From: Macrostomum lignano
Lineage: Eukaryota
NCBI GenBank assembly: GCA_002269645.1
Contig: NIVC01001729.1
Location: 1 to 55,383 of the forward strand
Direction: 5' to 3'
Length of the DNA: 55,383 bases
The position numbers and the translations under genes were made by a program. The notes beneath the pieces are model-generated. The model had not been told where the DNA came from. It saw only the letters and a list, made by a program, of their open reading frames with translations, and did not search any database. Of the stretch, positions 38,491-50,900 are shown piece after piece; within the stretch, counting starts at the first letter, position 1; the number at the start of each line of letters is the position of its first letter.

Positions 38491-41278
38491 TCACAGCAGC
38501 GCCTTGTGCCGGGTCTCGAACGCTTCCAGCTCGCGCACAATCTTGGCCCGCTCGCGGAGCGCCTTCCAAGCGGCGTCGCGGTCCTTCTTTAACGGCTGGC
38601 GTCGCTTCTGCCGGTAGGCCTGCAGCCTGGCGTGCGCCTCGACCACGTCGGCGTCGGCCACAGCCAGGCGACGCCGGATGGCCTGCCGCTGGGTGTCCAG
38701 CTTGGCCGCCGCGTACAGCCGCCGCAGCGTGGCCCTGTTGAAGTCGCACAGTCGGCGAAGCTCGCGCTGCCGTCCGCGCAGCGCCGTGGCCACCTCGTCG
38801 TCCGGATCGGCCGAGGCCGAGGATGAGGAAGTCAACTGGGCGGCCGCGGCGGCTGCGGCGGCGGCAGCTTCAGCGGCGGCGGCTGCGGCCACCGCGCCCT
38901 CTGAGTCGCTTTCAGCGCCGGCTCCTCCAGCGCTGGCGGCGCCGCTGGCGGCCCCGGCAGCTGCGAGTCTGCCGGGCGAGACGCCGTGCCGTTCGAGCTG
39001 CTTGCGGAGCCGGCGCTCCAGCTTGCAGCTGTTGGAAACCCCCAGCAGTTTGGCCAGCTGCTTGGTTGGCAGCGCGGCGAGCTGCGCTGTCTGCTGCATC
39101 TGCGGTGCGGCGAGATGAGGCTTTGATGGCCTGAACTCCTTACTGACACAGTCCTGAACTCACTACTGACACAGTCCTGAACTCACTACTGACAGACCAA
39201 ACTCAATACTGACAGCACAGCAGCCGGTCTCACCAGTCCAGGATCGTCAGTGTCGGTCAGGGTCTCCGACTTGCAGACTCCGCTGTCTTCATCGTCATTG
39301 GCCACCAGAGCGGCCACCAGCTGCTGAGCCAGCGGCCCCAAACCGCCCGCATCGGCGCCGGCGCCAGAGTCCGCGCTGCCCAATGGCGTCGAATCGACGC
39401 AAATCTCGGCCTGCAGGCGCATCATGAGAGCGGCGCCATTGTCGCCAGCCGACTGTTGCTGGGAAGAATCGGAGGTTGGCAGCAATCCAGCGTCGATCTC
39501 GCCGCCATGTTCGGCAATGGCGCCGTTACGACCATTTTTGCCGTTGCTGCTGTTGCTGCTGCTGCTGCTAATGCCGTTGAAGCCGCTGGCCGACTTCGAC
39601 TCGCCGTTGCTGGCGACCTCGGCGGCGGCCGAGTTAGGCAGCGGCGGCATCCGGAAAAAGCCGGAGTCTTCGCCGATCTCGTACGATCGAATTAGCAGCT
39701 CCAGCGAGTGCAGATTGTCCTCCGTGATCTCGGCGCAGTACGGCTCCATCAGGGCCCAGAATTTGTTCGGCACCTCGTACAGACCCGGCGGTGCGTCAGC
39801 CTGCTGCTGAGGTGTCGCCGACTCCGCCGCCGAGTCGGAATTAGCCGAAGCTCCAGCAGGTGCAGAAGCAGCAGCCGCAGCGACAGCAGCCGCCTTGTTC
39901 TTCCGCTGCTGATAGACACCGCCTGGTCGGAGCGGCTTGTTGTTTCCTGGAAAAGCGGCCACCGCGGCGGCGGCCGCGGCTCGTTTAGCCGGCGGCGCCA
40001 GAACTTCATCGGCAGACAGAGGACTGGCTGAGGCGTCGGCAGCGGCTGCGGCACCTGCTGAAGTGTTGCGCTTTTTTATCACCTTCAGATCTATCCTTCG
40101 GATCCGTCCTTCGGATCTATCCGTCTATACGTCCTTCGGATCTATCCGTCTATCCGTCCTTCGGATCTATCCGTCTATCCGTCCGTCTATCTATCCGTCC
40201 TTCGGATCTATCCGTCTATCCGTCCTTCGGATCTATCCGTCTATCCGTCCGTCTATCTATCCGTCCTTCGGATCTATCCTTCGGATCTACCCTTTGGATC
40301 TATTCTTCGGATCTACCCTTTGGATCTATCCTTCGGATCTATCCTTCGGATCTATCCTTCGGATCTATCCTTCGGATCTATCCTTCGGATCTATCCTTCG
40401 GATCTATCCTTCGGATCTATCCTTCGGATCTATCCTTCGGATCTATCCTTCGGATCTATCCTTCGGATCTATCCTTCGGATCTATCCTTCGGATCTATCC
40501 TTCGGATCTATCCTTCGGATCTATCCTTCGGATCTATCCTTCGGATCTATCCTTCGGATCTATCCTTCGGATCTATCCTTCGGATCTATCCTTCGGATCT
40601 ATCCTTCGGATCTATCCTTCGGATCTATCCTTCGGATCTATCCTTCGGATCTATCCTTCGGATCTATCCTTCGGATCTATCCTTCGGATCTATCCTTCGG
40701 ATCTATCCTTCGGATCTATCCTTCGGATCTATCCTTCGGATCTATCCTTCGGATCTATCCTTCGGATCTATCCTTCGGATCTATCCTTCGGATCTATCCT
40801 TTAAATCTTTAGCAGTCAGCTAGGACCTGCGGCTTATCATACTAGACTGTATCAGAATTCCCACTTAGGAGTAGAACAATTGGAACATCGTGTCACAGTT
40901 TTTATTTCAAAGCTGGCAACAAAAACTGAGCCCTGAGCTATTTCTCGTTGTCTCACCGTCAGCGCTTGTCGAGTCCTCGCGACGCCGCTTCAAGGAGATG
41001 GTCAGAGCCAACGGCTTGCCGGGAACTGACTTGACCACGGCCGCTCCCGGCAGCCATTCTGATTTGTTCGACCGGGTGATCAGGCCGCCAGGCAGTGGGG
41101 TGCCGCTGATCTCCGCGGCAAGCAGGAAGCTGCGCTTGTTCACATTGGCTAGCAGGGTCTCAGCCTCCCACTGCAGCCGGTCAATGTCCTCCGGCCGGAC
41201 AGCTGGCCGGCTCAGCAGGGCAGCGATGCCCGGACACTCGGACTCCAGCGTCACCGACGGCAGCCACAGCGGGGACAT
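38491..41278 (-). CDS. TADA3: Transcriptional adapter 3 (SAGA/ATAC HAT module)
   Basis: Exons ~41278-40957, ~40054-39234, 39099-38491. ECPGIAALL...DIDRLQWEAETLL, PNKFWALMEPYCAEIT, LGPLAQQLVAALV, and DDEVATALRGRQREL...KKDRDAAWKALRER match the recalled ADA3 blocks. The start codon and the exon-2 acceptor (NAGNAG 40057/40054) are uncertain. Confidence 0.9.
40088..40800 (+). repeat. 13-bp minisatellite (CGGATCTATCCTT)
   Basis: About 40 near-perfect copies plus degenerate flank in a TADA3 intron. Confidence 0.96.
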
Positions 41279-41377
41279 TGTTGAGTCGGCCGCCGTCTGC
41301 CCGCCTCTGTGCGACTGACCGCTCTTGGACTTCGACTGCGGGCATGATGCAGCGATGAAGATGGCAGATATCTCAGA

Positions 41378-42425
41378 GAATTCCCATAGACACTGCCTAA
41401 CAATTCCCATAGACACTGCCTAACAATTCCCATAGACACTGCCTAACAATTCCCATAGACACCACCTAACAATTCCCATAGACACTGCCTAACAATTCCC
41501 ATAGACACTGCCTAACAATTCCCATAGACACTGCTTAACAATTCCCATAGACACTGTCTAACAATTCCCATAGACACTGCCTAACAATTCCCATAGACAC
41601 TGCCTAACAATTCCCATAGACACTGCCTAACAATTCCCATAGACACTGCCTAACAATTCCCATAGACACTGCCTAACAATTCCCATAGACAAATCTTAAC
41701 AATTCCCATAGACACCGCCTAACAATTCCCATAGACACTGCCTAACAATTCCTATAGACACTGCCTAACAATTCCCATAGACACTGCTTAACAATTCCCA
41801 TAGACACTGCCTAACAATTCCCAGAGACATTTCCTAACAATTCCCATAGACACTGCCTAACAATTCCCAGAGACATTGCCTAACAATTCCCATAGACACT
41901 GCCTAACAATTCCTATAGACACTGCCTAACAATTCCCATAGACACTGCTTAACAATTCCCATAGACACTGCCTAACAATTCCCAGAGACATTTCCTAACA
42001 ATTCCCATAGACACTGCCTAACAATTCCTATAGACACTGCCTAACAATTCCCATAGACACTGCCTAACAATTCCCATAGACACTGCTTAACAATTCCCAT
42101 AGACACTGTCTAACAATTCCCATAGACAAATCTTAACAATTCCCATAGACACTGTCTAACAATTCCCATAGACAAATCTTAACAATTCCCATAGACAAAT
42201 CTTAACAATTCCCATAGACAAATCTTAACAATTCCCATAGACAAATCTTAACAATTCCCATAGACACTGACTAACAATTTCCATAGACAAATCTTAACAA
42301 TTCCCATAGACACTGACTACAATTTCCATAGACAAATCTTAACAATTCCCATAGACACTGACTACAATTCCAATAGACATCAACAAGAACTTCCAGAGAC
42401 AATACCAAACATTCCCCATAGACAT
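41378..42425 (+). repeat. 23-bp minisatellite (CCCATAGACACTGCCTAACAATT), block 1
   Basis: Direct tandem units. Confidence 0.95.
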
Positions 42426-43057
42426 CCACTAACTAAATAGCTACACCCAAAGCCCGTTCCTCTAGCTTACTAACAGTAGTGAAATCTAACACTGCAGCAT
42501 TTTTATGACAAAAAACAGCCTGTAGGACGCATTATACATGGCGCAATGAAGCAATCTATGCAGCCGCCACACCTGTATGCGTCCGGCATCTTGAAAACAC
42601 CTGCTATCCATTTTTCAGATAGGTGTTCGCCTACTGTAAGCTGGTTGCCGAGCAGTTCTATAGTCAGTTTCATTGTAAAGTTATAAATGCACTTGACTAT
42701 GAATGCATTTGGCAAACCAGCTATAAAAGACGATAGTTTAAAACAAAAAACTTTCTAAATCACATCATATCTGTTATTAAAGATAATACAATGAAAAAGC
42801 CAAACTATTTTTTCAGGAAAAAGAAGACGAAATAAAATAAATTTAAAATGAAACCGTCTATATTTCTGCTTTAGCAAAAGAAAACAATGCAAAGGTTTGG
42901 TGCAAAAAGTGGTGGGGGGAATTCGATAAATCTTTAAGGCTTAGATAAAAAATACAATATCATTGTGCTACTAACAGTAGCATGTACGGACTTCAAGCCA
43001 GTTTGGAACTAAAACATGCAGTTGGCTTATCAAGTTTCTGATAAGAGATGTTTCTGA

Positions 43058-43790
43058 TATTCCCATAGACACCCATAACAATTCCCATAGACACCCATAA
43101 CAATTCCCATAGACACCCATAACAATTCCCATAGACACTGCCCAACCATTATCATAGACACCCATAACAATTCCCTTAGACACTGCCCAATAATTCCTAT
43201 AGACACTGCCCAATAATTCCTATAGACACTGCCCAATAATTCCTATAGACACTGCCCAATAATTCCTATAGACACTGCCCAATAATTCCTATAGACACTG
43301 CCCAATAATTCCTATAGACACTGCCTAATAATTCCCATAGACACTGCCTAAAAATTCCCATAGACACCGCTTGACAATTCCCATAGACACTGCCTAAAAA
43401 TTCCCATAGACACCGCTTGACAATTCCCATAGACACTGCCTAACAATTCCCAAAGACATTGCCTTACAATTCCCATAGACACTGCCTAACAATTCCCATA
43501 GACACTGTCTAACAATTCCCATAGACACTGCCTAACAATTCCCATAGACACTGTCTAACAATTCCCATAGACACTGCCTAACAATTCCCAGAGACACTGC
43601 CTAACAATTCCCAGAGACACCACCTAACAATTCCCAGAGACACCGCCTAACAATTCCCATAGACACTGCCTAACAATTCCCAACGACAAATCTTAAAAAT
43701 TGCCATAGACAATGTTTCACAATTCCCATAGACACTGCCTAACAATTTCCATAGACACTGCCTAACAATTCCCAGAGACACCGCCTAGAC
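43058..43790 (+). repeat. 23-bp minisatellite, block 2 (same family and orientation)
   Basis: Direct tandem units. Confidence 0.95.
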
Positions 43791-44577
43791 AGATTACAAT
43801 GCGTATTCTGTATTCACTTTCAGCTACTACTGTTAGTAAAGAAAAACTTATGATAACAAGTGGGTACAAACTTACAATCAAAATACATACATAGCTACTG
43901 ATATAAAAGGGCAGTAGTAATTCAAGGTTATTAAACAGCTTTTTGAGGAGCTAGGAAGGCAAAAAAAATTACAAATTATCAGCAGTTAGCACACGAACTC
44001 TAGTATGTGGCAGCATCATCTTGAGCACAGGGTACAAAATCATCCCAAAAAACAACAAAAATTGATTGTAAAAAAAAAGGTCGTCAAGTCAAAAAGTAAA
44101 CCGATTAGGGGAAAAAACTAGAGCATTGAAAAAAGAAGGCACAATATGCATATAGGCTTCAGATAAGGATAAATCTCTATCTATATTCTATATATAGAAA
44201 TCTAAATGGTAAAACAGAGAATAGCAAAGAAAGCTACTGACAGGGTAGATCTGCAGCAATTCTGTCTAGATGACACCCGGTCGTCGCAAGTATGTGACAA
44301 AAACAATTTGAAAATTTAAAAAATAAATCAGAAAGCCGATGATTACCAGCTAAAAAAAAGTTAGCTAAGATACTACATACAAAACATTAAATAATATAAA
44401 AACTCTGATTGATGGCTGCATGTCTATACAGATGATGCAAGGCTTGTGGGCGTGACCGATCCAAATAAGTGCACTGGGTAACTTTTAGTAAGCAACAGAT
44501 GAACTGGTAGATTGATAGCATTCATTTTGGCTGGTTGGGGAGCGGTAGATACAGCATAAAAGGTAGAACAGTTGAGG

Positions 44578-45190
44578 GTAGCTGGGTAGATTAGAAGGTA
44601 GCTGGGTAGATTAGAGAGTAGCTGAGTAGATTAGAAGGTAGCTGGGTAGATTAGAGAGTAGCTGAGTAGATTAGAAAGTAGCTGAGCAGATTAGAGAGTA
44701 GCTGAGTAGATTAGAGAGTAGCTGAGTAGATTAGAAAGTAGCTGAGCAGATTAGAGAGTAGCTGAGTAGATTAGAGAGTAGCTGAGTAGATTAGAGAGTA
44801 GCTAAGTAGATTAGAGAGTAGCTGAGTAGATTAGAGAGTAGCTGAGTAGATTAGAGAGTAGCTAAGTAGATTAGAGAGTAGCTGAGCAGATTAAAGACAT
44901 AAGAATACGCCAGAAAGCAGCTAGGTACAGGCCAGACAGCAGCTGAGTACAGGCCAGATAGCAGCTGAGTACAGGCCAGACAGCAGCTGAGTACAGGATA
45001 GACAGCAGCTGAGTACAGGCCAGACAGCAGCTGAGTACAGGCCAGACAGCAGCTGAGCACAGGCCAGACAGCAGCTGAGCACAGGCCAGACAGCAGCTGA
45101 GTACAGGCCAGACACAAGCTGAGCACAGGCCAGACAGCAGCTGAGCACAGGCCAGACAGCAGCTGAGCACAGGCCAGACAACACCCAGCT
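44578..45190 (+). repeat. Two adjacent related minisatellites (20-bp GTAGCTGAGTAGATTAGAGA; 22-bp GACAGCAGCTGAGTACAGGCCA)
   Basis: Both share an AGCTGAG core; the array abuts the stop codon of the ankyrin-SOCS gene. Confidence 0.9.
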
Positions 45191-46795
45191 ACTCCGGCCA
45201 AGGCCAGGCCGGCAGTCCCAGGCAGAGGAAGTCGCGCAGCCTGCAGGGCAGCCAATTAGCGGTCTGCCTGGCCGCTGTCGGGCCGAGCTGCCGCAGTCGG
45301 CGCCAGACGGCTCGCCTGGCCAACGCAGTCAGCTGCTCCGGCCGCTGCCCCGCAGCCGTGGCGGCCGTCCACGCGGCCAGAGGCGCTTGGCCAGTCGACA
45401 TCGGCCGAGGCGGAGCGGCGCCGAAAGCGAGCAGAACTTCGGCAACTCGGCAGTGGCCGCGAGAGCAGGCAACCGCCAGCGGCGTATCGGCGGCTGGACC
45501 GCAGCGGCAGCGGCAGCGGGCCTCCAGATCGGCGCCGGCGCTGGCCAGCAGGATGGCCGCCTCCGGCTGGTTGTGCGCGGACGCATAGTGCAGCGGCGAG
45601 CCCAACCGGCTGTGGGAATCCAGCAGCGGAGGAAAGGACTATGGCATGTTTTTATAGCCCACTACAAATTATTCTATCAATACGCTTACACTGCCGCTTT
45701 CAGTAGCAAAGAACTCCGATTTCTTGCTCCGAAAACTTGTTCCGATTTCTTTAACGACCGTATGGTTTTTATGTGCAGTTTTTTGGTGATGCACTTTTAC
45801 TGAAAACTCTAGCCGTCAAAAACTTTTCTTAGAAATATCAATAATAATCGCCCGGTTTGGCAAATCACCTGCCCCAAGCCTCACCTGTCCGCTCTTAGGC
45901 CTCACCTGTCCGCCCCTAAGCCTCACCTGTCCGCCCCTAAGCCTCACCTGTCCGCTCTTAGGCCTCACCTGTCCGCCCCTAAGCCTCACCTGTCCGCTCT
46001 TAGGCCTCACCTGTCCGCCTCACCTGCCCACCACCTCAAGCCTCACCTGCCCACCACCTCAAGCCTCACCTGCCCACCACCTCAAGCCTCACCTGCCCAC
46101 CAGCTCAAGCCTCACCTGCCCACCACCTCAAGCCTCACCTGCCCACCATCTCAAGCCTCACCTGCCCACCATCTCAAGCCTCACCTGCCCACCAGCTCAA
46201 GCCTCACCTGCCCACCACCTCAAGCCTCACCTGCCCACCATCTCAAGCCTCACCTGCCCACCAGCTCAAGCCTCACCTGCCCACCACCTCAAGCCTCACC
46301 TGCCCACCACCTCAAGCCTCACCTGCCCACCACTTCAAGCCTCACCTGCCTACCACCTCAAGCCTCAGCTGCCCACCATCTCAAGCCTCACCTGCCCACC
46401 ACCTCAAGCCTCAGCTGCCCACCACCTCAAGCCTCACCTGCCCACCACCTCAAGCCTCACCTGTCCGCCCGATCCAGACAGGCGCCCCGCTCAATCAGCA
46501 AGCGCACCAGTGCCAGATGTCCCGATCCCACTGCCATGTGCAGCGGCGTGGAGCCCCAATCGTTAGCGGCGTCCAACTTGGCGCCACGGCCAATCAGAAA
46601 GGCGGCAACCTCGAAGCAACCGGCTGCGCAGGCCTCGTGCAGGCCGGTGTTGCCGTTTGGGCCGGCGCGCGTGTCGACGCCGAGATCGCCGGCGCCGAGG
46701 CTGCGCGCCACGGCTGAGAGGCGGCCGGCGCGCACGTGACCAAGCCAGCGGGCGGCCTCAGCCTCGCGATGGGCGGCAGTCAATAAGAGCATCAT
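45189..46795 (-). CDS. Ankyrin repeat and SOCS box protein (ASB family), ~251 aa
   Basis: Exons 46795-46461 and 45609-45189 (phase 2, GT-AG). Ankyrin motifs GNTGLHEA, GSTPLHMA, GSPLHYA, DTPLAVA. C-terminal SOCS-like PEQLTALARRAVWRRL...LPCRLRDFL. Confidence 0.85.
45868..46465 (-). repeat. Intronic 21/23-bp minisatellite containing CAG|GTGAGG in each unit
   Basis: GCCTCACCTG recurs in every unit on +; the array starts at the exon-1 donor. Confidence 0.93.
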
Positions 46796-47214
46796 TTGTT
46801 TGCAATATTCAAAATTTTTCCATTGATTTACTTGTACTACCGCTAATAGCAGTGTGAATATATTTTTGAATTATTTTGGCAAATACATCTTTTAAAAACC
46901 CTTAACTGCCCCTATAAGTAGCACGGATCTAAAAAAAGGATAAATTAAAATATGCCAGAAACGCTGCTGTATCCAACCCTACAAGCCGCCCCGCTTTACT
47001 ATCTCGCTCGCTCTGTCTGACCCCCTCTAGCCGCAGGCGCGTCTTTGCAAACACAATGCTGAAATGTTAGCGAAAAATAAAATGAAGTTAAATGAAGGCC
47101 GGAGTACGACTGGAACTGCAGTAGCTGCGGAAAATGTTGAACAAGTTAGTAACGAAAATGGCTAATCGAATAATAGGTGACAGACCTTATGGCTTATAAA
47201 AGGAGGGCGGTAAG

Positions 47215-47740
47215 AGGCGGGTTCAAGGACGGCTCATGGGAGCGGAGGCAGATTCAAGGACTGCTCATGGGAGCGCAGAGGCAGATTCAAGGACGGCTCA
47301 TGGGAGCGCAGAGGCAGATTCAAGGACTGCTCATGGGAGCGCAGAGGCAGATTCAAGGACTGCTCATGGGAGCGCAGAGGCAGATTCAAGGACTGCTCAT
47401 GGGAGCGCAGAGGCAGATTCAAGGACTGCTCATGGGAGCGCAGAGGCAGATTCAAGGACTGCTCAGGGAGAGCGGAGAGAGGCAGATTCAAGGACTGCTC
47501 AGGGAGAGCGGAGAGAGGCAGATTCAAGGACTGCTCAGGGAGAGCGGAGAGAGGCAGATTCAAGGACTGCTCAGGGAGAGCGGAGAGAGGCAGATTCAAG
47601 GACTGCTCAGGGAGAGCGGAGAGAGGCAGATTCAAGGACTGCTCAGGGAGAGCGGAGGCAGATTCAAGGACTGCTCATGGGAGCGCAGAGGCAGATTCAA
47701 GGACTGCTCAGGGAGAGCGCAGAGAGGCGGATTTAAGGAC
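47215..47740 (+). repeat. 33/36-bp minisatellite (GCAGATTCAAGGACTGCTCA...)
   Basis: Two unit variants in successive blocks, between the ASB and AGK genes. Confidence 0.93.
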
Positions 47741-47959
47741 ACACAGAGAGCACAATTAGTTTATTTCACGCAAGTGAAAGGTGAAGCAACGTGACAAATA
47801 AAAGCCTAAATAAAATTTGCAAATGAACTGAACATAAAGACGCAATTAGTAAGAAATGCCAGTCATTTAACAAAGAAATCCAGCAACTCGAAACCAATAT
47901 ATTTTGCTAGCAAATCATCACTTTTCTAAACGCTGCTAAAAGTTCAACCTGCCAAGAAG

Positions 47960-50900
47960 TCAAGCGCACAGAAGCAGCGGCACCTCGCTAAGGCTGACCT
48001 GAACGTCCACCGGGTCAAACAGTTCGTTATCAAGAAAATAAGGCGTCTCTTTTTTCTTTTGCTTCTCCAGCTCTTCCGGCGTAGGCTGCTGGACCGACGC
48101 GGCGGCCTCATTGTTGCGCAACAGGCGGACGGAGACGCCGCCAGCCAGTAGTTGAGTCTCAGAGCAGTCAGTGTAGAACTGATCGATTCGAGCTGCGGCA
48201 GTGGAAGAGTCGCCACCAGACAGTCTGGTGCCGATGGCCCGCCACAGCTGGCCGCCTGATAGGCGAGCTGGGAGCACCTGGCAATGAAATGTTGCGGGCA
48301 GCCTTCGCTTCTGATATCCCAGATCTCAGTCCCTAGAAGTAGTAATAGAAAATTACGTCCATACCCCACTTTTCAATTGCAAAACACGTAATAAGGTACC
48401 TGTCAGAAATTTTATTACGCACATACCTTATTTTTGTATTAAAAATCAAGTAGTAAGGTACCGAACCAAATGGTAGGGTATTCTACGGGAATTCCAACTA
48501 CACTGCACCGCACCCACAAAGAACGAGAAAGAAAAGACCCAACAACACCGATCAACCAAGTTGCTGAAAAACGACAGCTATTTCTGCATTACAAGAATAG
48601 AGGAAACACGCACCCACAAAGAACAAAAGAAAAGATCTTAATAAATTGCAGAAGTCAAAATTGTGCCACAATCCCTCTGCAAGCAAAACCCAGCTCAGAA
48701 CAGGACACAGGCAGTAAATAAGCCACGTGCTGCGCCCAGCCTTTTTTGTAACAGGAGTCATTCAAGACCCCAATTTTTTCATTTTCGAGAAAAGACCATT
48801 GAGACTTACGAAACTAAGTATACTTGAATACAACTTGACTAAAATATAATACGCCAAAAGAAATATGCAGTTTTTAACTCTCAGTCACCGATCGAGAAAC
48901 CGATCAAATCCAAAAAACCAGGTAATTGTAAGTGTTGCTGTGACAAGATCCGCCTGAGTTCGGTACTGACGGCCATGCACAATAATAAACTGAACCATCG
49001 TAGTAAGAAACAGTCTTTCGGTCGAATCAAGTTGACATGTCTATATATTTTAACAGATGAGATACACGATTAGTTAATTCATGACGTTAATTTCTTGATG
49101 CAAATGAACGCAAAAATGCGATTTGACAGTCTTTTAAATAACTTTAAAATTCCCTAACGAATAGTGGATAAATAATTACAATACTAATAATACCAAATTA
49201 TTTACGAGCTTCGTTCCATTGCACAGTCAGGCGTCCGCAGTCAAATCGCAGTAGTCAACCGTAGTGACTCTTCCCGACTCCTTCTCCCTGAAGAAGAAAC
49301 GGAAGCAGCCAGCACCTAGGGCTTGTACAGCCAGGGCGTATTTACCTTCGCAAGCCGTGACATGCTCGGGGTACATATATATCCCGGCGGCGGCCGCGCA
49401 AAGACCCCGTTCTTGAACGCTGCAAAGAGAGAAGACGCAGCCCATTACTACCTCATTAGCCTCTGAATAAACAAAAAGCCCAATGCTTACCATCTCTCAC
49501 ATATCGCTCAGCTAGTTCCTTCTTTTGCGCGGATTTGTCCATATTCGTAGTGAGTGAATGCGTTTAGACAAGACTAGAAAATTTTCCGGACTGCTGTCGG
49601 TAGGATCTTATATTCAGCAAAATTACTCATAGGGACGACTGAGATCTCATGTGGTGGATTAGGGAGGGTCAGGGTTGGTTGAGAGGAAGGGGTGGATCGA
49701 GTTGGGAGCCACCAACGTAAAGGGAGCGAGAAGGGGGGTTCGTTCTACCTAGTCAGCAGAGGGTTTCGCGTTGGCGGCAGCTGCAACCTTTAGATGATAA
49801 AGACTATTTCTTTGTGGCGAATACAGACACTTCGAATCTTCCTGGTAGGCATTGGGTTGTAGTTTGGGTGAGTAGCAGGCGGGTTAGGGGGCGCCGTGGA
49901 CGAAGAGTCGGGGAATATTTTGATACGCTTGGTTTAAATCCATCGGAAAATATTAGACGGTGGTTGAGGCGAGAATGTGGGGATTTTCAAAATTGGTCCT
50001 ACAGCCGATTTGCTATTCAGGATCCTCGGACTGGTCATTGTGGTATTTGGGTGTTGTTTTATTTGTATTTCAAACTGACTGGTGGTGGTAGCCTTCGATT
50101 CTTTTTAACGCGTATTCTTGGTTGTGGGTCTCGTCGAAGGAAATGAATTTCGGCGCACGTATTTTTGCCTACGACGCTTTGCAGCACATGTGTTGCCTCT
50201 GTTCTTGTAATGCAGAAATATACCGAAAGTGCGTTTTTGGACAAGTTGGTTGGTTGGTTGATCGAAATTGAGATCTTTTCTTCTTTTGGATTCTTTGTGG
50301 GTGCGGTGCAGTGCAGTTACAATTCCTGTAGAATACCCTACCCTTTGGTTCGGTACCTTACTACTTGATTTTTAACAGAAAAATAGGGTATGTGCGTAAT
50401 AAAATTTCTGACGGGTACCTTATTACGTGTTTTGCAATTGAAAAGTGAGGTATGGACGTAATTTTCTATTACTACTCCTAGATCCTAGATCCTAGATCCT
50501 AGATCCCAGATCCTAGATCACAGATCCTAGATCACAGATCCTAGATCCCAGATCCTAGATCCCAGATCCTAGATCCCAGATCCTAGATCCCAGATCCCAG
50601 ATCCTAGATCCTAGATCCCAGATCCTAGATCCCAGATCCTAGATCCTAGATCCTAGATCCCAGATCCTAGATCCCAGATCCTAGATCCCAGATCCTAGAT
50701 CCCAGATCCTAGATCCTAGATCCCAGATCCTAGATCCCAGATCCCAGATCCTAGATCCTAGATCCCAGATCCTAGATCCTAGATCCCAGATCCTAGATCC
50801 TAGATCCCAGATCCCAGATCCTAGATCCCAGATCCTAGATCCTAGATCCTAGATCCCAGATCCTAGATCCTAGATCCTAGATCCCAGATCCTAGATCCCA

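Noticed and set aside
47177-47794. 205-aa and 166-aa repeat ORFs
   Set aside because: Produced by a 33/36-bp minisatellite; all frames are open because the units are multiples of 3.
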